Shown: piece after piece, positions 25,640 through 32,000 of the stretch
Layout of the letters: the number at the start of each line of letters is the position of its first letter
How positions within the stretch are numbered: position 1 is the first letter of the stretch
NCBI RefSeq assembly: GCF_041597215.1
Contig: NZ_JBFHHB010000001.1
Span: forward strand, 1 to 32,000
Origin: Actinotalea sp.
Lineage (GTDB): Bacteria > Actinomycetota > Actinomycetes > Actinomycetales > Cellulomonadaceae
Length of the DNA: 32,000 nt
Direction of reading: 5' to 3'
Made by a program: the position numbers and the translations under genes
The notes under the pieces: generated by a model
Databases searched by the model: none
The model's input: the letters and a program-made list of their open reading frames with translations, nothing else
What the model was told of the DNA's origin: nothing

Positions 25640-27130
25640 TCAGCTCCGCAGGCTGTGCGCGATCCGCGCGACCTCGGCGACCGAGCCGGACAGCGACGGG
25701 TAGACGGTGAAGGACTGGGCGATCTCGTCGGCGGTGAGGCGCTGGGCGACCGCGATCGTCAGAGGGAAGATCAGCTCGCCCGCGCGCGGTGCCACCACGA
25801 CCCCGCCCAGCACGATCCCGGTGGAGGCGTGCGCGAACACCTTGACGAAGCCGTCGCGGATGCCGAGCATCTTCGCCCGCGGGTTGCGGCCCAGGTCGAG
25901 CCTGCTGGTGACGAACTGGGTTCCCGACTCCTCCAGGCTGCGCTCCGAGGCCCCCACCGTGGCGATCTCCGGGGCGGTGAAGATGTTCGCCGCGACCGTT
26001 CCGAGGTCCAGCGGGGTCACCGCGTCGCCCAGGGCGTGCGCCATGGCGATCCGGCCCTGCATCGCGGCGACCGAGGCGAGCGGGAGCACCCCGGTGCAGT
26101 CACCGGCGGCGTAGACGCCCCGCACGCTCGTCCGTGAGACGCGGTCGACCTCGATGTGCCCGCCGCGACCGAGCCGCACTCCCACGCGCTCCAGGCCGAT
26201 CCCGGCCGTCGAGGGGACCGAGCCCACCGCGACCAGGCAGTGCGAGCCGGTGACCTCCCGCCCGTCCTCGAGGGTCACCAGGACCCCGTCGTCGGTCCTG
26301 GTGACAGAGACCGCGCGCGAACGGCCCATCACGGTCATCCCCCGCCCGCGGAAGACCTCCTCGATCACGTGCGCCGCGTCGGCGTCCTCACCCGGGAGCA
26401 CACGATCGCGTGAGGAGACCAGGACGACGTCCGCCCCGAGCGCGTTGTACGCCCCGGCGAACTCGGCACCTGTCACACCCGACCCGACGACGATCAGCCG
26501 TTCGGGTAGGGCGGGCAAGCCGTACAGCTGGGTCCAGCTGAGGATCCGCTCGCCGTCGGGCTCCGCGGCCGGCAGGGTGCGCGGGACGGCACCCGTCGCC
26601 AGCAGCACGACGTCGGCCCGGAGCTCTGCGACGACCGCGCCGTCCGCGCCGAGGACGGAGACCTGCTCGGCGCTCTCCAGCCGTCCGGTCCCGTCGACCA
26701 GGTGGACGCCCTCCCGCTCGAGCCGGGCGCGGATGTCGTCCGACTGCGCCTGAGCGAGTTCGACGACGCGCGCGTTCACCCGCGCGAGGTCGACCTCGTG
26801 GGCGTGCGCGACGCCGTCCGCCGGAAGGCCGACCGAGCGGATGCCGAGCTCGGCGGCGCGATCGGCGATGGTCATCCACTCGGCTGTCGCGATGAGCGTC
26901 TTCGACGGGACGACGTCCGTCAGGACGGCGGCACCGCCGAGGCCGGTGCGCTCCACCAGGGTGACCTCCGCCCCGGCGCGGGAGGCGACGAGCGCGGCCT
27001 CGTACCCGCCTGGGCCCCCGCCGATCACCACGACCCGTGGGGTGGCCTGCGTCCCTTCGCGGGAGGACCCGTGCTCGGGCGAGGGAGAGGGTTCGGCCAG
27101 GCCGGGCGTGGTGGACGTCACCCTCGGCAT
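25640..27130 (-). CDS. lpdA: LpdA-like pyridine-nucleotide-disulfide-oxidoreductase-family flavoprotein lacking the redox-active cysteines (probable NAD(P)H quinone reductase type)
   Basis: 496 aa starting from MPRVTSTTPG (start uncertain by a few codons). It has VVIGGGPGGYEAA FAD and VVGSGVTGAEFA NAD Rossmann motifs and GDCTG. The site where CxxxxC normally lies reads GGAAVLTDVVPSK. The track ORF (791 aa) is over-extended. Confidence 0.85.
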   Translation of the reverse strand: MPRVTSTTPGLAEPSPSPEHGSSREGTQATPRVVVIGGGPGGYEAALVASRAGAEVTLVERTGLGGAAVLTDVVPSKTLIATAEWMTIADRAAELGIRSVGLPADGVAHAHEVDLARVNARVVELAQAQSDDIRARLEREGVHLVDGTGRLESAEQVSVLGADGAVVAELRADVVLLATGAVPRTLPAAEPDGERILSWTQLYGLPALPERLIVVGSGVTGAEFAGAYNALGADVVLVSSRDRVLPGEDADAAHVIEEVFRGRGMTVMGRSRAVSVTRTDDGVLVTLEDGREVTGSHCLVAVGSVPSTAGIGLERVGVRLGRGGHIEVDRVSRTSVRGVYAAGDCTGVLPLASVAAMQGRIAMAHALGDAVTPLDLGTVAANIFTAPEIATVGASERSLEESGTQFVTSRLDLGRNPRAKMLGIRDGFVKVFAHASTGIVLGGVVVAPRAGELIFPLTIAVAQRLTADEIAQSFTVYPSLSGSVAEVARIAHSLRS

Positions 27131-27250
27131 TGTGCCGTGCGCACCTCCCGGGCGCACCGTCCTCCCGCGTGCCACCGCCCGGGACCCGCGACCTCCCGCC
27201 CGGCGCCGTGGGCCGGGACCCCCGAGGCGACGCCCCGAGCCGAGCGGCGA

Positions 27251-27256
27251 TAGCCT
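27251..27256 (+). promoter_or_regulatory. -10-like hexamer TAGCCT, 6 nt upstream of the punA ATG (candidate leaderless promoter)
   Basis: TAGCCT-gcgacc-ATG, with no Shine-Dalgarno sequence. Confidence 0.45.
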
Positions 27257-27262
27257 GCGACC

Positions 27263-28093
27263 ATGACTGACCTGAGCCGGCTCGACGAGCCCGACACCGA
27301 TCCCTTCGACGTCGCCCGCGAGGCCGCCGAGGCGATCGCCGTGCGGACAGGTGTCGAGCGGCACGACCTCGCGCTGGTGCTCGGCTCCGGATGGGGCGAG
27401 GCCGCCGAGCACCTGGGCGAGACCGTCACCGAGATCCCGAGCCACGAGATCCCCGGGTTCAGCGCCCCGGCCGTCGTCGGCCACTCCGCGATGACCCGCT
27501 CGGTCCGGATCGCGGGGACCGACCGCTTCGCGCTCGTGCTCGGCTCGCGCACCCACCTGTACGAGGGCAAGGGCGTGCGCCACGTCGTGCACGGCGTGCG
27601 CACCGCTGCGGCCACCGGGGCTCGTGCCGTGGTCCTGACCAACGGCTGCGGTGGCCTGAACCCGCAGTGGGCACCGGGGACCCCCGTGCTGGTCCGTGAC
27701 CACCTCAACCTGACCGCGACGTCCCCGCTGGAGGGCGCGACCTTCGTCGACCTCACCGACCTCTACTCGCAGCGTCTGCGCGACCTCGCCCACGAGGTCG
27801 ACCCGACGCTCGCGGAGGGCGTGTACGCCCAGTTCCGCGGCCCGCACTACGAGACCCCCGCCGAGGTCCGGATGGCCGGGATCATGGGCGCCGACCTGGT
27901 CGGCATGTCGACGACGCTGGAGGCGATCGCCGCGCGGCACGCCGGGCTCGAGGTGCTGGCGATCTCGCTCATGACCAACCTCGGGGCGGGCATCAGCCCC
28001 GTCCCGCTGTCGCATGCCGAGGTCATCGAGGCGGGGCAGGCGGCGGCACCGCGCATCGGCCGCCTGCTCGCCGAGATCGTGGGGAGGATCTGA
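27263..28093 (+). CDS. punA: purine nucleoside phosphorylase (trimeric PNP family)
   Basis: 276 aa with LVLGSGWG, HSAMTRSV.., THLYEG, NGCGGLNP, GPHYETPAE and GMSTTLEAI motifs. Confidence 0.92.
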   Translation: MTDLSRLDEPDTDPFDVAREAAEAIAVRTGVERHDLALVLGSGWGEAAEHLGETVTEIPSHEIPGFSAPAVVGHSAMTRSVRIAGTDRFALVLGSRTHLYEGKGVRHVVHGVRTAAATGARAVVLTNGCGGLNPQWAPGTPVLVRDHLNLTATSPLEGATFVDLTDLYSQRLRDLAHEVDPTLAEGVYAQFRGPHYETPAEVRMAGIMGADLVGMSTTLEAIAARHAGLEVLAISLMTNLGAGISPVPLSHAEVIEAGQAAAPRIGRLLAEIVGRI

Positions 28094-29847
28094 TGGGCAC
28101 CCGAGCAGCAGGAGAGCCGGACGACCTGATCGACGGCGTCCGTGCCTGGATCGCCGACGACCCGGACCCGCAGACCGCTGCCGAGCTCGAGGGCCTGGTC
28201 GCCGCGGCGCTCGGCGAGGACGCTGCCGCCTCGACGGCCGCGCACGCCGACCTGGAGGACCGCTTCTCCGGGCTCCTGCAGTTCGGCACCGCGGGACTGC
28301 GTGGCGCGTTGGGCGGTGGCCCTGCGCGGATGAACCGGTCCGTCGTGATCCGCGCGGCCGCCGGCCTCGTGCGCTACGCCGTCGACGCCCTTGCCGAGCT
28401 CGGCCAGAGCACGCCCCGCGTGGTCATCGGCTACGACGCCCGGACGAACTCCGACGTCTTCGCCCGCGACACCGCGGCCGTCGTCGTCGCGGCGGGCGGC
28501 GAGGCGCTGCTGCTCCCGAGCGCGCTGCCCACCCCTGTCCTCGCCTTCGCCGTGCGGCACCTGGGCGCCGACGCCGGTGTCATGGTGACGGCGAGCCACA
28601 ACCCTCCGCAGGACAACGGGTACAAGGTCTACCTCGGGGGGCGGATCGTCACCGACTCCGGGAGCGGTGCGCAGATCGTCCCGCCCTACGACGCCGAGAT
28701 CGCCGCGCGTATCGCCGCCGTCCCGAGCGTGGCGGAGGTCCCGCGCGCGGAGGAGGGCTGGACGGTCCTCGGCGAGGACGTCGTCGACGCCTACGTCGCC
28801 GCCGTCGCGACCCTCCGCGAGCCCTCGGTGCCGCCGCTGCGGATCGTCGTCACCCCGTTGCACGGCGTGGGAGGGGTGCTCGCGGAGCGCGTCCTGCGTG
28901 GTGCCGGCTTCGACGACGTGCGTCTGGTCCCCGAGCAGGCGGAGCCCGACCCGACCTTCCCCACCGTCCCCTTCCCGAACCCCGAGGAGCCCGGCGCGAT
29001 CGACCTCGCCGTGGCGCTGGCCCAGGAGGTCGAGGCTGACCTCGTCCTGGCCAACGACCCTGACGCCGACCGGTGCGCCGCGGCCGTGGTCGACCCGCAC
29101 ACCGGCGCCTGGCGGATGCTGCACGGTGACGAGGTCGGCGCCCTGCTGGGTCAGGAGCTCGCCCTGCGGCAGGCGGACGGCGCCGGCGTCCTCGCCAACT
29201 CCATCGTCTCCTCCCGCCTGCTCGCCCGGATCGCCTCCGCGCACGGGCTCGCGCACCGGAACACCCTCACCGGCTTCAAGTGGATCTCCCGGGTGGACGG
29301 CCTGGTCTACGGCTACGAGGAGGCGCTCGGCTACTGCGTGGACCCGGAGCACGTGCGGGACAAGGACGGGCTGTCCGCCGCGCTCCTGCTGGCCCAGCTC
29401 GCCGCCCGCACCAAGGCCGAGCACCGGACCCTGGTCGACGTCCTGGACGATCTCGCCCGCCGGCACGGCCTGCACCTGAGCGACCAGCTCTCGCTGCGCT
29501 TCACCGACCTGGACAAGATCCCCGCGACGATGGCCCTGCTGCGCAGCGCCCCGCCCGCCACGCTCGCCGGCTCGCCGGTGGTCGAGGTCGTGGACCTGGC
29601 CCAGCCCCAGGCCGACGGGATGCTGCCGACCGACGGGATGCGCCTGGTCGCGCAGGACGGCACCCGCGTGGTCGTCCGCCCCAGCGGCACCGAGCCGAAG
29701 GTCAAGTGCTACCTCGAGGTGATCCTGCCCGTGGAGGAGCACGCCTCGGCCGGGACCGTCGGCGAGGCCCGGCGCGCGGCGCGAGCCCGGCTCGACGCCG
29801 TCCGCCTGGACATGGCCGGGGCGCTGGGCAGCAGCCCGGACGCCTAG
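28093..29847 (+). CDS. pmmB: alpha-D-phosphohexomutase superfamily phospho-sugar mutase (PmmB/PGM2-like)
   Basis: 584 aa with the active-site loop TASHNPPQDNGYK and the metal loop NDPDADR. Its ATG shares one nucleotide with the punA TGA (TGATG). Confidence 0.88.
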   Translation: MGTRAAGEPDDLIDGVRAWIADDPDPQTAAELEGLVAAALGEDAAASTAAHADLEDRFSGLLQFGTAGLRGALGGGPARMNRSVVIRAAAGLVRYAVDALAELGQSTPRVVIGYDARTNSDVFARDTAAVVVAAGGEALLLPSALPTPVLAFAVRHLGADAGVMVTASHNPPQDNGYKVYLGGRIVTDSGSGAQIVPPYDAEIAARIAAVPSVAEVPRAEEGWTVLGEDVVDAYVAAVATLREPSVPPLRIVVTPLHGVGGVLAERVLRGAGFDDVRLVPEQAEPDPTFPTVPFPNPEEPGAIDLAVALAQEVEADLVLANDPDADRCAAAVVDPHTGAWRMLHGDEVGALLGQELALRQADGAGVLANSIVSSRLLARIASAHGLAHRNTLTGFKWISRVDGLVYGYEEALGYCVDPEHVRDKDGLSAALLLAQLAARTKAEHRTLVDVLDDLARRHGLHLSDQLSLRFTDLDKIPATMALLRSAPPATLAGSPVVEVVDLAQPQADGMLPTDGMRLVAQDGTRVVVRPSGTEPKVKCYLEVILPVEEHASAGTVGEARRAARARLDAVRLDMAGALGSSPDA

Positions 29848-29857
29848 CCGCCGGCCG

Positions 29858-30625
29858 TCAGCCCTCGACCCACTCGTCGCGCTCGACCAGGACCTCCCGG
29901 AGCAGGTCGGCCCGGTCGCTGACCAGACCGTCCACGCCGAGGTCCAGGAGGCGGTGCATGTCCGCCGGGTCGTTCACGGTCCAGACGTGGACCTGGACGC
30001 CCGCGGCATGGGCTGCGGCAATGGTCCGGCTCGAGACGACCCTCAGCGGTCCGGCGCTCTCCGGCACCTGGAGACCGCCGACCTCGCTGATCGCCTTGCG
30101 CGCACGGCCTCTCGCCCCGGTGAGCGACCCCAGGACGAACCGGCGCACCACTCCGGTCCCGCCGGAGGTGGCGACGGGTCGCGAGAGCCCCCGCAGGGTG
30201 GCGAGGCGGCGCGCGTCGGAGAACGAGGTGAGGCAGACGCGCTCGTGCGCCGACTCGCGCTCGATCACGTCGATCGTCGGGCCGATCGCCGCCGCCGACT
30301 TCACGTCGATGTTGACCTTCAGCCGCGGCCAGGTGTGCAGGACCTCTGCGAGCGTCGGCACGGGCTCGCTCCCGCCGATCCTGGCCCGGCGCACCTGCGA
30401 CCACGGCATCTTGGCGATACTTCCCGAGCGGTCCGTCACGCGGTCGAGCGAGGAGTCGTGGAAGGCGACGGCGACACCGTCGGAGGTCGCGTGCACGTCG
30501 GTCTCGACGTACCTGTACCCGAGGTCGACGGCAGCCTGGAAGGCGACCATCGAGTTCTCCAGCCCGTCGAGCGAGAAGCCTCGATGCGCCAGTGCGATCG
30601 GCGCTCCCAGGTCGAAGTAGCCCAT
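29858..30625 (-). CDS. glycerophosphodiester phosphodiesterase family protein
   Basis: 255 aa with the N-terminal HRG ... ENS ... ETDVH GDPD signature. It is preceded by GGAAGGGGG-N5-ATG. Confidence 0.88.
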   Translation of the reverse strand: MGYFDLGAPIALAHRGFSLDGLENSMVAFQAAVDLGYRYVETDVHATSDGVAVAFHDSSLDRVTDRSGSIAKMPWSQVRRARIGGSEPVPTLAEVLHTWPRLKVNIDVKSAAAIGPTIDVIERESAHERVCLTSFSDARRLATLRGLSRPVATSGGTGVVRRFVLGSLTGARGRARKAISEVGGLQVPESAGPLRVVSSRTIAAAHAAGVQVHVWTVNDPADMHRLLDLGVDGLVSDRADLLREVLVERDEWVEG

Positions 30626-30673
30626 CCGAACCCCCTTCCGATCCCGCCCGCGGGCTCCTCGCGCCGCCCGCGC

Positions 30674-31375
30674 TCAGTACCCCGAGCCGTCGTCCTGCGC
30701 CGGCGCGTCCGTCTCACCCAGGCTGTCGAGGACGGCAGCCGTGCCCGAGAGGCCGAGCCGGGTGGCACCCGCCGCGATCATCGCGGCAGCTGCTGCCCCG
30801 GTGCGGATGGCCCCGGAGGCCTTCACCCCGAGCCGTCCGCCCACGGTCGCTGCCATGAGGGCGACGGCGTGCTCGCTCGCACCGCCCGCCGGGTGGAAGC
30901 CCGTCGACGTCTTGACGAAGTCCGCACCCGCGGCCTCGGCCGCACGGCAGCAGCCGACGATCTGCTCGTCGGTGAGCGCGGCGGACTCGATGATGACCTT
31001 GAGCACCTTCCCGGCGGGGACGGCGGCGCGCACGGCCGCGATGTCCGCCTGGACCGCGTCGAAGCGCCCCTCGACGGCGGCGCCGAGGTCGATCACCATG
31101 TCGACCTCGTCCGCCCCGTCGGCGATGGACCGTGCGGCCTCTGCCGCCTTGATCGCGCTGTGGTGCTTCCCGGAGGGGAACCCGCAGACCGTGGCGACCT
31201 TCACCGATCCGGCGTCGAGCGGGAGCATCGACGGAGAGACGCAGACGGAGAAGACCCCGAGCCGCTGCGCCTCCGCGACCAGCGCGGCGACGTCGGCGGC
31301 CGTGGCCTCGGGCTTGAGCAGGGTGTGGTCGACCATCGCGGCGACGGTCGTGGGGTCCAGGGGTGTTGCGGTCAT
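30674..31375 (-). CDS. deoC: deoxyribose-phosphate aldolase
   Basis: 233 aa with [37 protein letters not shown] (the Schiff-base Lys) and LGVKASG. Its ATG overlaps the add stop as ATGA. Confidence 0.93.
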   Translation of the reverse strand: MTATPLDPTTVAAMVDHTLLKPEATAADVAALVAEAQRLGVFSVCVSPSMLPLDAGSVKVATVCGFPSGKHHSAIKAAEAARSIADGADEVDMVIDLGAAVEGRFDAVQADIAAVRAAVPAGKVLKVIIESAALTDEQIVGCCRAAEAAGADFVKTSTGFHPAGGASEHAVALMAATVGGRLGVKASGAIRTGAAAAAMIAAGATRLGLSGTAAVLDSLGETDAPAQDDGSGY

Positions 31376-32000
31376 GCGCGGTGCCGTCCGTTCGATGGGA
31401 GGAGATAGGCGGGAAGGATGACGTCCTCGACGAGGCGTTCACGTGCGTCGTGGGGAAGGAAGGCGTTCCAGGCCGCGGTGACGGTGACGTCCCGCAGGTC
31501 GTCGTGGGTCCAGCCGGCGTGCTCGACGAGCAGGCCCAGCTCGCGGCTCTGGCTCGTCCCGGACATGAGCCGGTTGTCGGGCGAGACGGTGACGGCGAAC
31601 CCGAGCCGGAGCAGCGCTGTCATCGGGTGATGGGCGACGGTGTCCACGACGCCGGTGTGCAGGTTGGAGCTCGGGCACAGCTCGAGCGGGACCTGCTGGT
31701 CCAGCACCCACCGCGCGACCCGGCCCAGCACGGCGCCGTCCAGGCCCCACGGGTCGTCAGGGGTCGGCTCGCCGAAGGAGATGTCCTCGACCAGTCGCGC
31801 GCCGTGACCGATCCGGATCGCCCCACCGAGGTGCAGCGCGTCGGCGATCGACCCCACGCCGTCCGCCTCACCTGCGTGGATCGTCACGGGCATGCTGGCC
31901 TGCCGCAGGATCCGCAGCGCGCGCTTGTGCGCCGAGACGGGGTACCCGGCCTCGGGCCCTGCCAGGTCCGCTCCGCCGACACCCCGGTCGCGGTTGGCCA
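31372..32000 (-). CDS. add: adenosine deaminase (5' end lies beyond the window)
   Basis: The reading frame stays open upstream of the track ORF's Met to the window edge (...[37 protein letters not shown]...). [17 protein letters not shown] and SPDNRLM are adenosine deaminase motifs. Confidence 0.9.
   Translation of the reverse strand, partial: ANRDRGVGGADLAGPEAGYPVSAHKRALRILRQASMPVTIHAGEADGVGSIADALHLGGAIRIGHGARLVEDISFGEPTPDDPWGLDGAVLGRVARWVLDQQVPLELCPSSNLHTGVVDTVAHHPMTALLRLGFAVTVSPDNRLMSGTSQSRELGLLVEHAGWTHDDLRDVTVTAAWNAFLPHDARERLVEDVILPAYLLPSNGRHRA

Noticed and set aside
25613-25648. Possible terminator hairpin (CCGGAGC ... GCTCCG) between the convergent efeB and lpdA-like genes.
   Set aside because: Only 6 bp pair across a 23-nt loop, which is too weak to call.
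27131-28015. N-terminal 295-aa extension of the lpdA-like ORF. Analogous over-extensions occur in the track ORFs for hyhL, hyhS, the endopeptidase, birA and SRAP.
   Set aside because: The extension overlaps punA on the opposite strand and has no homology-like content. Family-typical N-termini (Rossmann GGGPGG, MSHKL..., MYTSA..., [21 protein letters not shown]) define shorter genes with sensible overlaps or RBSs.

Overview
Very GC-rich, actinobacterial-type chromosomal segment that is almost fully coding. I call 30 protein-coding genes and see no rRNA or tRNA genes, no CRISPR array, and no transposase, integrase or phage genes. Contents from left to right: (i) 39-5919, minus strand: a tightly coupled seven-gene operon, hyhB-hyhG-hyhS-hyhL-endopeptidase-hypC-EamA transporter, encoding a four-subunit group-3b-type NAD(P)-linked [NiFe]-hydrogenase. 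(ii) 6078-12463, minus strand: 2-hydroxyacid dehydrogenase, ketopantoate-reductase-family protein, pgi, a DapC-like class I aminotransferase, and a Bcr/CflA MFS transporter. (iii) 12589-21989: SRAP/YedK peptidase, a class III nucleotidyl cyclase, birA, accD5-accE5, DUF885, maf, accA3 and a NUDIX hydrolase. (iv) 22015-25601: efeUOB iron-uptake operon with a sigma-70-like promoter and an IdeR/DtxR-like operator. (v) 25640-32000: a Cys-less LpdA-like flavoprotein, punA-pmmB, a glycerophosphodiesterase, and deoC-add (add is cut by the window end). From memory, gene order in (iii) and (v) mirrors the Mycobacterium tuberculosis birA-accD5-accE5-maf-accA3 and lpdA...deoD-pmmB...add neighbourhoods, so this is mostly conserved core genome. 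Bottom line: I find no defence island, mobile element or clearly novel multi-gene system. The points most worth a second look are: a DMT/EamA transporter translationally fused onto the end of the hydrogenase operon; a DosR-like palindrome upstream of hyhB; a strikingly regular TANNNT-N6-start-codon (leaderless mRNA) architecture at nine genes, twice with the upstream gene's TAG stop forming part of the -10 hexamer; the IdeR-like box on efeU; and several short perfect palindromes in divergent promoter regions. Many very long ORFs in the six-frame track are antisense artefacts of high GC content and were rejected.
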